Shown: positions 35,254 through 47,804, counted from the stretch's first letter. The stretch is 64,000 nucleotides of DNA from Octopus sinensis (GCF_006345805.1 NC_043011.1:44280464-44344463), one strand, 5' to 3'. Numbers and translations are program-made. The notes: generated by a model from the letters alone, not told the origin.

Positions 35254-35466
35254 ATAAAACGATTTCTGTTCAATCTGCGTTCAGCTCCATTTCTTCAATT
35301 CACCAATAATGTTTTAATTTCAATTATCCGCACCAACGCACGGTTGCAACGCCAGTTGGTTGTACCTCCAACCGTGCTGTTTACTGCTGTGATTTTTGCT
35401 ACTAAGGTATCGGTTAAACTTTTGTTTAATCTACTACAAGATTATTCATTATTCATCTTTCTATTT

Positions 35467-35503
<37 letters not shown>

Positions 35504-35691
35504 GTATACATCGTTGGGAATCATTACAACTCCACCACTGTCATCATCATCATCATCGTCGTCGTCGTCATCATCATCATCATCATCTTCATCATCATTG
35601 TAGACTTTTGGTCAATATTGTTATAAATTGGCAACGGCAAACCTTTATGAAGTCTGAATTGAGATATGTTAGTATAGTGCCGAAAGCATAG

Positions 35692-35735
35692 AGAAAACTG
35701 ACGTTTCGGAGGATTGTCCCTTCGTCAACCTCAAA
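35692..35735 (-). ncRNA. Hammerhead-like relic
   Basis: Minus strand TTGACGA-agggacaatcctcc-GAAA-CG-TC. C3 is mutated and stem I is not recoverable. Confidence 0.25.
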
Positions 35736-35894
35736 ATTTGTCAGCCCTCTTTATCTCTCGTTTCTTCCTATCAGTCGAAAGGAAAATCCTACCAAACATC
35801 AAATACCTCTTGTATAACTACGGTATACAAACTTGTACAAACTCAAGACATTTCAAATTACTTTCAATGATCTGAATGTCATTCCACTCCAAGT

Positions 35895-35925
<31 letters not shown>

Positions 35926-35936
35926 TATATATATAT

Positions 35937-35970
<34 letters not shown>

Positions 35971-37059
35971 GTGTGTGTGTGTGTGTGTACATTTTCTGGC
36001 TTACAAACTGACGTAATCTATAGTGTAAACATTCAAACATTATCACTGTATTTCTAAATCCTGTTGTATTTCGCATGGCCCTTCAAAGTCGACTTGGTGT
36101 ATAAGTCGATTTAGCGTTTTGGTTTTAAATTTTAGTCGGAAGAATTCGACCTGTGGCGTCGGAAAATACGGTAAATGTATGGCGGTAAAACATAAACGCG
36201 TAATGTACGATAGTAAAACGGCTTAAGAGTGACTCATGATAAGAACATGTAGCACATGTATGTACGTATGTATGCATGTATGCATGTATGTATGTATGTT
36301 TGTATGTATGTATGTATGTATGTATGTATGTATTATGTATGTATATATTTATGTATGTATGTATGTATGTACGTATGTATGTGTTTTTGTGTGTCTGTGT
36401 GCTTGTGTGTGTGTGCGCGAGTATGCGTGTGCGCATGTGTGACTTTAAACCGCTTCCAGTTTTCAAGAGTGTGGAACCACCTTTAAGTCATTATTGTTTT
36501 CTATGTCTACTCCGGCACAAAATTTTAGCACTTATCAGGCTCCCAGCTAGAGGCTAATCAACATATTAGGGCTTGACTACGTATGCAATTGAAGACTGGA
36601 TCCAGCGGATTCTGTGGAAGAAACAATCACGGTTCAATGGAGAGGAAAGCGGTCGTCGCATCATCGCATTGTGACGCCAGAGAGAAAGATGTGGACATCT
36701 AAGTAAGACATCTTCGTTATCCACTGTATCCATGTTCATCCCCAGTTGCTTTGATCTGGTCATGCAGCTGGATTGAAGATGGTCATGGATGAAAGAGTGA
36801 GAGTGACAGTGAACGACTTATCTTCATTTTAAGCAAAATCTCCGCTCAAGTCATCAGTCATCTTTAAGGATAACTAAATGGTCCTCGTCTCTCAGACGGA
36901 CGAATATGAAGAGGAAAGAGGGTCATCATGTGACACATGTGGGTAATGGGACACATGTAGAATATATTGCGTATGTAGGTAGGGCTGGTATTCATATAGT
37001 GCCGGCCTTTCTGGGATTTCATAACTGACAAAAATGTCGGAACACCATCCTGGCCTCAA

Positions 37060-38415
37060 AGAATGGTTTCAAATTTTGACACAAAACAATTTTAGAGGAG
37101 CGACATCAGTCGATTACATCGACTCCAATGTTCAATTGGAACTTATTTTACCAATATTTGAAAGGATAAAAGGCAAAGTCGACCTCGGAGGAATTCAACT
37201 CTGAACATGTAGACAGATGAAATACCGTTAAGCGTTCAGTCCGGCGTACTAATGATTCAGCCAATCGACGCCTTTGGTTTCAAAGTTTGGCACACGGCCA
37301 GCAATTTTAATAGGAGATGGTTAGTCGATTAGCTAATTACATCGATCCCAGTACTCAACAGGTACTTATTTTATCGACCCTGTAAGGACGAAATGTAAAG
37401 TCGACGTCGGCCGCGTTTGAGCTCAGAATATTAAATATCTATAACAACAAAATGACTGAAGACGTTGAGGGCAACAGTACAAGGACTAAAGATAACATAA
37501 TCTACAGTTGCTTTGAGGAAGCAGATGTACAAATACCATTATTTCTATTACAGGCACAATGCCTGAAATTTGGGGGAGAGGGATAGTCAATTACATCGAC
37601 ACCAGTATTCAACTGGTACTTAATTGATCGATCCCCAAATGGATGAAAGTCGACCTCGGCGGAATTTGAACTCAGAACGTAACGGCAGAGGAAATACTTA
37701 TTTCTTTACTACCCACAAGGGGCTAAACTCAGAGAGGATAAACAAGGACAGATAAACGGATTAAGTCGATTACATCGACCCCAATACGTGACTGGTGCTT
37801 AATTCACCGACCCCGAAAGGATGAAAGGCAAAGTCGACCTCGGCGGAATTTGAACTCAGAACGTAGCGGCAGACGAAATACTGCTAAGCATTTTGCCCGG
37901 CGTGCTAACGATTCTGCCAGCTCGCCGCCTTGTAGACATACCAATAGCTAACTATAAAACAATGAGAAATGGTCCCTAACGAGGGGAAAGAACTTCAAGT
38001 AATAGAGATTCGGGGACGTCCCTCTCTCACACAGTCTTCTATTATTCTGCTGCTTCGAAGACATCAAAACTTCCCTCTCCCAGTTTCTTATCTCCTCTTT
38101 GCAGTCGCATAATGAAGAAGTTCTATTCCTATCCACACGTGGAGACTCAGAACCTGGTCCGCAATAACCTTTTCTATTATAGGGACAAGGCTTGGAATTC
38201 TGCGGGAGGGAATTAATTGACTTCACCGATCCCAGTTCTCAACAAGTATTTATTTCAGAGACCCCGATTGGATAAAAGGCAAAGTTGACCCAACAGATAC
38301 TTATTTTATAGATCCCGACTGGATCAAAAGCGAAGTTCACTTCAGCGGAATTTGAACTCTGAATGTACAGGCGGACAAATGCTGCTAAGCATTTTAACCA
38401 GCGGGCAAGAGATTC
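37060..38415 (-). mobile_element. Cluster of about 5 family A SINEs
   Basis: Repeated gtcgacctcggcggaatttgaactc blocks. Confidence 0.8.
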
Positions 38416-39226
38416 GATACTTTTTGGTTATCTTAACCCCATTAAAAAAATTGCCATTAAAAAATTGGGTTATCTCCCTACAAAAAATTTGAGTTTATGT
38501 GTCGAGAAAAGATTGGATTAAAAGAGTTAGATCATTTTGATTCAATACTTCAACACATTGTTGACATTTTGCCTCTTCCATAGGCATGGTATGATTTGTT
38601 ATAAACATGTTCAAGAGTGGCTGCGTGGTAAGTAGCTTGCTTACCAACCACATGGTTCCGGGTTCAGTCCCACTGCGTGGCACCTTGGGCGAGTGTCTGC
38701 TACTATGGCCTCGGGTAGACCATAGGCTTGTGAGTGGATTTGATAGACGGAAACTGAAAGAAGCCCGTCGTATATATGTATGCGTGTGTATATGTTTGTG
38801 TGTCTGTGTTTGTGCCCCCAACATCGCTTAACAACCGATGCTGGTATGTTTACGTCCCCGAAACTTAGCGGTTCGGTAAAAAGAGACCGATAGAATAAGT
38901 ACTAGGCTTACAAAAAATAAGTCCTGGGATCGATTTGCTCGACTAAAGGCGGTGCTTCAGCATGGGCGCAGTCAAATGATTGAAACAAATAAAAGATTCA
39001 GTAAGATATTTAATTTTTCAGTTTTCCCGTTTATTAATTTTTTCAGTTTTGTATGATTTGTTATAAAAAATATTATCAGATTCAATTAGATATTTAATCT
39101 CTTCACTTTTCACGTTTATTAATTTTTCAATCTTTTTTTGGTTTTATTGAGAGTTAAACAATTTTTTTTTAGTTGGGGCAGATAACCCAATTTTTTAATG
39201 GAGGTTAGATAAACAAAAAGTACCAA
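38416..39226. mobile_element. Unclassified MITE inserted in a SINE and itself interrupted by a SINE
   Basis: ~50-bp imperfect TIRs (tactttttggttatcttaaccccattaaaaaaattg / cagataacccaattttttaatggaggttagataaacaaaaagta). AGATTC is duplicated at 38410-15 and 39227-32, and the host SINE resumes on the far side. Confidence 0.7.
38615..38995 (+). mobile_element. SINE family B (nested in a MITE)
   Basis: Full-length match to the family B consensus. Confidence 0.9.
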
Positions 39227-39541
39227 AGATTCTGCCAGCTCGCCGCCTTCCCGGCTTCGCGTATGAGAACGTACTCTTGATCAACTGAACATCTGAAAGA
39301 ATGTGTCTGTTACTGCCGTCTCAAAGATGTTAAAGAGAACACAGTATCGTTGAAGGCCATATCAGGCATCGACTTCTTTACGGAAATAATTTGAAGGTTA
39401 CTAAACCTCGGTACAAATTCAAAGCGCTTTTGATTTTTGATTTTTGCTACGTTGAAAGTCAATACTGTAAAGGGGAATAACTGTAGTGTGACACCTCAGC
39501 GCCAGTATGTTTGGCTGTTAAATAAGATCTGACATAAATAT

Positions 39542-39572
<31 letters not shown>

Positions 39573-39959
39573 ATGTGTGTATGTGTGCGTGTGTGTGATA
39601 GTTGTCGATCTCGATTTTAATACTTCATCGGTATTTATCGAGAAATGATAGATTAACATCGAATTATTTGATGTGAGAACATCAACTAAGAGGACATAAC
39701 TCTCGCCATTATACAACTGGGAAACTAGAAATATTGATATAAATGTTTTACTGCGTGGTACCTTCCGATGTTCTTTCTGTCCATTCTACCAACCCAGCAT
39801 CCTGGCTTATGTTAAACTATAATTATTAATATTAAATCTTAACTATTAATATGTAACTATTGATATTAATGTTTAACTATTAAAGTTAATATCAACATTC
39901 TTATAATTCACTGTGGTTGAATATATTATGATAATTTTGTCATAAATAACAAAAGTTTC

Positions 39960-40339
39960 GAGTAATAGGAGGAATGCTTTCCAGCCACATGGTTTCGGGT
40001 TCGGTCCCACTGCTCAGTCATATTGGACAAGCGTCCTTTGCTATGAGCCCGGGCCAACCAATGCCATGTGAGTGGATTTGGTAGACGGAAACTGAAAGAA
40101 GATCGTCGTATACCTACATACATACATACATACATACATACATACATACATACATGCATACATATATACATACATACATATATACTCACACATACATACA
40201 TATATGCATGCATACGTACATGTGTGTGCGTGCGCGCGCGTGTGTGTGCGTGTGTGTGTGTGTAATCACTTGACAACAGGTGTTGCTATTTTTACGTCTT
40301 CTTGACCTAGCAGCTCAGCAAAAGACACCGATAGAATGA

Positions 40340-40387
<48 letters not shown>

Positions 40388-40465
40388 GTACCAATGTCGA
40401 TTTGTTCGAATAAAATCCTTCAAGGCGGTGCCCCAGCATGGCCGCATCCAATAGCTGAAACAAGT
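39960..40465 (+). mobile_element. SINE family B, degenerate
   Basis: ccacatggtttcgggttcggtcccactgc..gtgagtggatttggtagacggaaactgaaagaag..ccccagcatggccgca. Confidence 0.8.
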
Positions 40466-40689
40466 TTAAAAAGCTTGACTACTCGACCCATTCAATGGAA
40501 AATTCGTCGTTCTCAAACGGACAAATAGTTTTCCCCCTTTCTTAATGGTTGTTAACATTGACACAATGCCAGCGGTTTTGAGGGGCAGATATAGTCAAAC
40601 TTGTTGTCTTCAATTCGATTTTTTTATGCTTTCCTCCCTTATAATCATAAATATTGGGTACGAATATCATAAATATTATAATCATGAAT

Positions 40690-41115
40690 ATTGGGTAATG
40701 ACCGAAAGGAGTACGATCGCGAATAAAAGCGGCCGAAATGGGAGTACCTCCGAGGGATCTACGGAGAAACGTTACTCGACTGAATGCGTAGCTCGGAGAT
40801 CAGGAAGTCATTCCGGGCGGAGCCGCTACTTCTCCACATTGAGAGGTCACAACTCCGATACTACAGACATGTGATTAGAATGTCTCTGAGAAGAATCGCA
40901 AAACGGATTCTTCAAGACGAACCAACCAACAGCAGACCTAGTGGGTAGACCAAGAACGAGATGGTTGGATGATATCAAAGAGCTCAGTTGATAACGCTTG
41001 GGAATCCAACCGAAAAGTGTAAATGATGATTACTTCTGATTGGACCCAATGGAGGAGTTGTCTGAGGACTCTACCACCATGACTCTTCCAGGAATAGTGG
41101 GCGGAGATGATGGAT
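40690..41115 (+). mobile_element. Degenerate RTE-clade LINE 3' end
   Basis: Frameshifted IKAAEM...VTRL...ERSQL...RPxGRPRTRWLDDIKEL-like motifs ending in (GAT/GGAT)n. Confidence 0.7.
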
Positions 41116-42037
41116 GGATGAATGGGTGTTAATCAACACAATCTACCCCGTAGTTGACTGGTAACATATTTTATTTATCATGAAGATGGTGTGCTGGCAG
41201 AATCGTTAGCACGCCGGGCAAAACGCTTAGCGGCATTTCATAGGTTTTTACGTTTCGTGTTCAAATTTAGCCGAAGTCGACATCACCTTTTTTTTTACCT
41301 TATTTAGGGTCAATAAAATAAGTATCAGTTGAGCACTGGGGCCGACGTAATCAACTTAGTTGCTGGCCTTGTGCCAAATTTTGAAACCAATACTCTTTAC
41401 TCTCTCTCTTTTACTTGTTTCAGTCATTTGACTGCGGCCATCCCTAATGTTAAACGAACGTAAAATGTTAAAATCTAACTTGAGTTTATTAATGATGGGC
41501 ATATGTCCCTTACCTTTCTATCTTAATAGTCGCTCCCTCTCTGTTTCTCTCCTTCTCTACCCACACAATATGTCTGTCTGTCTGACTGGCTGGCTGGCTC
41601 TCTTGACAGCGGCCTTACTAGGGCAGCATCTTAATGGGTTTTGCTGAATAAATCGATCTCCGCATTTTCCAGTAGTTATTCTGTATTTAGTTACGCAACG
41701 AGCCCCTTAACACACTTGCCGTCATAAATACAGTGAACCAATGATTGGTACCTTAAAACTATGTAATAATCGACCCTATTATTCTCAAAATATAAATGTA
41801 TTAAAAATATACGCTCTGTCAAAGACTAGATTTTCTCTCTACTAGATACAAAAACTTTCTCATACGGTATTGTAATTACCTCCCCTCTTCTTTCAGCGTT
41901 AGCAACAACTGCCGCTAGGTGGGTTTTTTTTTCTATTTTGAAGTCAGAAATAAATTTTTCTAAATAAGAATAGCTTTGTGTAAAACATTCAGAATCTCTT
42001 TAACATAATCATCTAATTTTATACCATTGGTCTATTG

Positions 42038-42192
42038 CAGTGGTTCCCAGCCCTTTTATTTACATGAGTTTTCCTACGGACCTCTTTTGATATGCTTATC
42101 CTTATGTATGTATGTATATGTATGTATGTATGTATGCATGTATGTATGTATGTATGTATGTATGTATGTATGTATGTATGTATGTACGTATG

Positions 42193-42229
<37 letters not shown>

Positions 42230-42570
42230 TTGTGTTTGTGTGAAGGCACATGGCCTAGTGGTTAGAGCAGCGGACTCGCGGTCGAGAGATCGCGGGTTCG
42301 AATCTCAGACCGGGTGATGTGTGTGTTTATGAGCGAAGCAGCTAAGCTTCACGCGGCTCTTTCGCCACAACTTTCACTCACTCTTTCCTCCTGCATCTTG
42401 CAGCTCACCTGCGACGGACCGGCGTCCCGTCATGGTAGGGAACCTATGTGCCAAGGAAACCGGGAAACCGGCCCTTATGAGCCAGGCATGGCTCGAAAAG
42501 AAACAAACAATATGATCTTAGTTCACGTACTCTACTACTACTTTTGCAGACCCCAGTTTGGGAACCACTG
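42038..42570. mobile_element. hAT MITE containing nested (TATG)n and a SINE
   Basis: TIRs CAGTGGTTCCCAG / TTGGGAACCACTG; the TSD is degenerate (gtctattg vs ctctttga). Confidence 0.75.
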
Positions 42571-42580
42571 CTCTTTGAAT

Positions 42581-43200
42581 TACGACGGAGAGTAAAAAAT
42601 ACGCATTCTTGTTTTGTCAATGTATTTACACAAAAGCAGGGGATAAAAAAATACGTCATTTTTCCATATAATCGCCTTCCTTTTCGACGCACTTGGTCCA
42701 GCGGTCCACAATCTTACGCATTTCTTCCAAGAAGAAGGTTTGATCGTTCTACCATTTGTGCACCGCTTCCTTCACATCTTCATCCGTAGGAAGTCAACGA
42801 CCTCGTATACCATCTTTGAGCCTTTCAAAGATATGATAGTCGGAAGGGATGAGATCTGCACTGTGGGTAGGGTATTCCAGCCCCTCAAAACCTAATTAGT
42901 TAATGGTTTCAACGGTCTGGGCGGCCGTGTGTTCGGCGTGCATTGTCATGCAACAGCAAAACTTTCTTCGGCAATAGACTTCGTCGTTTGGTGTGAATTG
43001 CTGGCTTCAGTTTGTTGACCAGCAAAGCACTGTATCTTGCAGCTGATCGTACACCCCTTTTCCAGAGAAATCGGATCACTCCTTTTTGGTGCACATTGAT
43101 AACGGAGAAAAATGGCACGATCAGGCTCAAACTTCGATCACGTGACCACAAACTATAAGCACCCATGCGCTGAAGCCAGTGTGACAATGATAAAGATATG
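42581..43200 (-). mobile_element. Mariner (Tc1/mariner, DD34D) transposase remnant with right end
   Basis: The minus strand reads YSALLVNKLKPAIHTKRRSLLPKKVLLLHDNAR, then after a frameshift VETIN*LGFEGLEYPTHSADLIPSDYHIF...RWTKCVEKEGDYMEK*. A TACGACGG terminus lies at 42581. Confidence 0.9.
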
Positions 43201-43253
43201 TTATAGCGAAAGTGCGGAAAATTGTTGACTTCTTTCGTACATTCCTTAGCACC

Positions 43254-43343
<90 letters not shown>

Positions 43344-43345
43344 GT

Positions 43346-43394
<49 letters not shown>

Positions 43395-43939
43395 CGTGCG
43401 TGCGTGCGTGCGTGCGTGTGCAGGCGCAGGTATGGTTGTGTGGTTAGAAACTCGCCCTGCAACCGCGCGGTTTCGGTTCCGTCCCTTTGCGCGGCAGCAC
43501 GGGCAAGTGTTATCCATTATAGACCCTGGCCAACCAATTCCTTGCAAGTAAATTTGGTTGACACAAGCGAAATACCGCAAAACATTTTGTCCGGCATGCT
43601 AACAATTCTGCCAATTTTATATCTAAGTTCTATAACACAGCGGATTGTTAGGGTGTAAACTTTTTCTGGCAAAAATGAGTAATAACTGTACTTCAAAGGG
43701 CCAACCGTGTCACATCCTGCTTCCCGCTGGATCTCTCTGAGATCTACATTAAAAGTACGCGTGTTCTTGGCGTGTTCAGCCTCTTGCACGTTAATTTCAT
43801 GTGCAGTCCGTTCCATTGATCGAAACAAGTGGAACCCTCGTGTCGTAGCGATCGGAGTACCCGTTTCACCCATTTTTTTTTGTGGTTTGTTACTGATTGT
43901 TGTGTAGGCTTAGAATTAGCTTCAGTATATGATCTTACA

Positions 43940-44264
43940 GGAGGTGCAATGGCCCAGTGGTTAGGACAGCGAACTCGCGGTCGGAGGATCGCGGTTTTGA
44001 TTCCCAGACAGGGCGTTGTGTGTGTTTATTGAGCGAAAACACCTAAAAGCTCCACAAGGCTCCGGCAGGGGGTGGTGGAGATCCCTGTTGTACTCTTTCA
44101 CCACAACTTTCTCTCACTCTTTCTTCCTGTTCCTTGAGTAACGCTGCGATGGACTGGCGTCCCATCCAGTTGGGGGGAACACATACGCCACAGAAACTGG
44201 GAAACCGGGTCCATGAGCCTTGCTAGGCTTGAAAAGGGCGACGATTATCGTTTTATTATTTTTT
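43940..44264 (+). mobile_element. SINE family C with 14-bp TSD
   Basis: TATATGATCTTACA at 43926-39 and 44265-78. Confidence 0.9.
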
Positions 44265-45109
44265 TATATGATCTTACATAGGGGTTTTATAGGTTCTGTA
44301 GTGAAAAGGATCGAAAAAGTTTCTTGACATGAACTGGCAAACGACTCCAAAAAACGAGCTCCTTTAACCGCCGATTGGTAGTTGTCGTGAGACCCTAAAT
44401 CACTTTCTGCTCTATCCGCATATCAGTAGATAAAATTCTTCAGGACCCCATGATGTCACGCATAAAGAAAAAAGATACTCAAATTGTCAGCTTCGTTACC
44501 TGACGTCACTTCTTCACTCACTACCAGCGTATCATTCGTTAAGCTACCGGTTTTATATAAACTTTTAACAAGGATTCTGGTATTTTATAAATAGAGTTGT
44601 CCTGGAGCTTATATCCGTTCTTTATAAGGTTATTATAGGATCGTTATAGATTTTGTAAATAGTATTACATAGAGCTGTCATAGGCTGTGAAGGTGTGTGG
44701 CTTAGTGGTTAGGGTAATCGGTTTACAATCGTAAGGTCGTGAGATCGATTCACGGTGGCGCGTTATGTCCTTCGGTAAGACATTTTATTTCTCGTTGCTC
44801 CAGTCCACACAGCTGGAACAAATCTGTATTCAGAGGGCCAGTCTTGTCGCATTAGCAGCATTTAGTCCGTCTTTGCGCTCTGTATAGTATTTTCAATCTG
44901 TATTGATCGGACCAGAGTGGACATCATTACAGTTTAGACATCTGCACAGTGTTTACCTCGTACAGAATAGAGATTTGTACAGTGTGGGCATCTGTCCAAC
45001 GTAGATATCTCTACAATGTGAATCCCTGCTGATTTTGTTTCTGTACAGACTCACTTGTTTCTATACAGACTCACTTGTTTCTGTACAGACTCACTGTACA
45101 GACTCACAT

Positions 45110-45275
45110 CCATACAAAATCCGTTGTTTCGTTCAACAATCGATGAAGTCAGAATTCCCTGAATTGCAGATTTATCGCAATTTCGTAGAAGTAAAGGATA
45201 TGTCTTTAGAGTCAAATAGATTAAGATTCTGATATTCAACGTGCCACATTTTAATACTATAGGGTGTTCTTGCAT
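45110..45275 (-). mobile_element. Possible LINE AP-endonuclease N-terminal relic
   Basis: LKCGTLNIR resembles the GTxNVR start motif of LINE endonucleases. The rest is degenerate. Confidence 0.3.
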
Positions 45276-45559
45276 TCGGCGAATCTTGTTAGTAGTGCGG
45301 CCCGACTGATGATGAATTATGACTCATGCAGCCCGCTTCTCGAAAACGGTTGCACATACCTACCATAAGTTGTAATTTAAAGGAGATTTGACTGCTATTT
45401 CTTACAAATGTAGTGACCATGCCACAGAGATTCCCTCGTTAGCTTGTTCACAGATGGTTTTTATCGGTGTAGTTAAGCTCTACCTCTCGTTATGTTCTAC
45501 TAATATAGAACTACGCTAAATTGATCAGAGATGGTTTGAAGAGTTCGATCAACGTTTCG

Positions 45560-45594
<35 letters not shown>

Positions 45595-46269
45595 TTCACT
45601 TATTGTCTTTTACAGAAGATATTTACGCATAGTACTTGCTCCCTCGCACAGTAGAGGGTTTATTTCAAGAAACTCGGATGCAAGATTCCTCAAACGACTA
45701 TTAATAACCAAATTGAAGACCTTTCCCCGTTTAACCCCTATTCTAAACGCTATATGGTTTTGTTTGGAGGGATTTATCTGCAGTATGTTAAGGCCCATCA
45801 CTCACTTATGTAGCCTCTTTTTATCCTCTGTATGAAGCATCATCACAGACTTATGTTGCCCATGTCACAGTATTACAGTATCACAGTATTGACCAGATCA
45901 TCAGATGCTATTGTACACCGCTGGGCACAATGCGCTTGCGCTTCCAATTCTGTCTTGATTAAGTTATTATTTTCCATTTTAACCCAAATCGTTTGACCAA
46001 ATCGTCTTCCAATCGTCGTGGAAACCACCCAAGTGGAATTTTCGTTCTCTTGGATGCCACTCGACAACTGTGAAAACTCACCACTTGTCTGTGAGCCTTG
46101 CGACATGTCCAACCCAGCGGAACTTCTGCTTTTGGTAATCTGCGATTACATCGCTCATTCCACTCCCTTCTCCAATTATCTCATTTCGAATTTATTCTCG
46201 TGATGGTATTCCTAGGACGGATCTTTCCAAATATATCTGCTATATTAAATCCCTATTACTGATTAATAT

Positions 46270-46592
46270 GTGGAGGCGCAATGACCCAGTGGTTAGGGTA
46301 GAGGACTCGAGGTCGGAGGATCGCGGTTTCGATTCTCAGACCGGGCGTTGTGTGTGTTTATTGAGCGAAAACACCGAAAGCTCGACGAGGCTCTGACAGG
46401 GGTTGGTGGCGTCCCCTGTCGTACTCTTTTGCCCCAACTTTCTCTCACTCTTTCTTCCTGTTTCTTGGGTAACGCTGCGATGGACTGGCGCCCCGTCCAG
46501 CTGGGTGGAACACATACGACACAGAAACCGGGACACCGGGCCCATGAGCCTGGCTAGGCTTGAAAAGGGCGCATAAAATAAAATAAAATAAA
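46270..46592 (+). mobile_element. SINE family C with 12-bp TSD and (AAAAT)n tail
   Basis: ACTGATTAATAT at 46258-69 and 46593-604. Confidence 0.9.
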
Positions 46593-46957
46593 ACTGATTA
46601 ATATATCCTGTTTCAGAGACAGAATACAATTTGTTAGGGGAGACATGAGTGCTGCAATGAAGTTCAAGTTAACGTAGTACGTTCTCTTCACCGAATTTTA
46701 CTGTCCCTTTATCAAAGGCTGTCGATTTACAAATCGACAGCCTTTAGTTACTACATTGACAGCATTAGTTACTACATTGAGCAGATCAAGTCGTTCTAAT
46801 TGTTGAAAGGATATTTAGCTTCAACCTTGGGCAAAATAAGACCTTATATTCAAATTTCCCTAGTGATGTATCTAATCTCTGTTTTGTAAAGACGAAACGA
46901 TTTTTATTGGAGTAGATCTAGCTGTTACATTCACCGAATAATACAATTCTGTTAAAG

Positions 46958-47299
46958 CAGTAGTTTCCAAGTTTTTTCGGGTTGCCGCCCCCTTGGCACC
47001 CAGGCCGCATTCCTAGCGTCTCATCGCCCTTCCCACCACAAATATAGATCACTTTCTGCAGCAAATTCAAAACAACTGTATTTCACAAGTAAAACTTAAA
47101 TCTAATTAACCTATACTATATATATATATATATATATATTACATCCATCACCCCATGTTGGCCATTACATTATGATCCTAATTTTCTTCAACGTCCTTGG
47201 ATCTTCCCACCGACCCCGGGATCTTTCCACCGTCTCTTGGATCTTTCCACCGCCCCCAATGGGGGTAGGGAGCAGTACCGCTCACTTTGGGAACCACTG
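46958..47299. mobile_element. hAT (Charlie-like) MITE with perfect 8-bp TSD
   Basis: TIRs CAGTAGTTTCCAA / TTGGGAACCACTG; TGTTAAAG is duplicated at 46950-57 and 47300-07. Confidence 0.9.
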
Positions 47300-47804
47300 T
47301 GTTAAAGTATTACCACTGGCTTCAGCCAGCATTGTGTATCAACTTTCGTTGTAATTCGATCTCATTTGCAGAAACCTCGGTATTTGCAGAAACTCAACAA
47401 TAAGTTATCATTGTTTTTATTTATTTATTCTTTTATTCATTTATTGAGTGATTGAAAGATTTTCCTTGAATCTAGAGTGTTGTCATTTAGAGTCAATCTG
47501 GGACAGGACCTAAACTCCTATGATTAAAATAATAATAGCAATCCTATATCTTATCTATTGTACACTCACGCGCATGCATATATACATTAACACACTTTTC
47601 TGTTATTTGCAATTTATTTAATTGTAGTTTTATTCACATAATTTGCCACAAGGGCATTACACAGATGTAGCCGCGGGCTGGACATTTACATTAATAAGAT
47701 GAAATGAAAAATATATGAATGAATGGGGGGAAATGAATTCATTCATATATTTTTCATTTCATTAATGTAAACGTCCAGCCCGCAGCTGGACATTTAATTA
47801 TAAT

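Larger units (their letters stand above)
34858..35470 (+). mobile_element. Penelope-like element pLTR remnant with 5' inverted duplication, between (TA)n tracts
   Basis: Carries the hammerhead, has a ~225/231-bp inverted repeat and is flanked on both sides by (TA)n. Hammerheads in pLTRs and inverted ends are established features of Penelope-like elements. Confidence 0.7.

Noticed and set aside
37948-38170. 92-aa minus-strand ORF as a receptor loop exon
   Set aside because: Its start lies in a SINE tail, and YYLKFFPLVRD resembles a decayed L2/CR1 C-terminus; no receptor motif.
45617-45783. Plus-strand exon-like block with AG/GTATGT boundaries
   Set aside because: No recognisable protein, it follows a (TTAT)n tract that mimics an acceptor, and it is opposite to the only confirmed gene.
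45873-46200. Possible transposase remnant
   Set aside because: Only vague similarity; no catalytic motif or TIR could be read.
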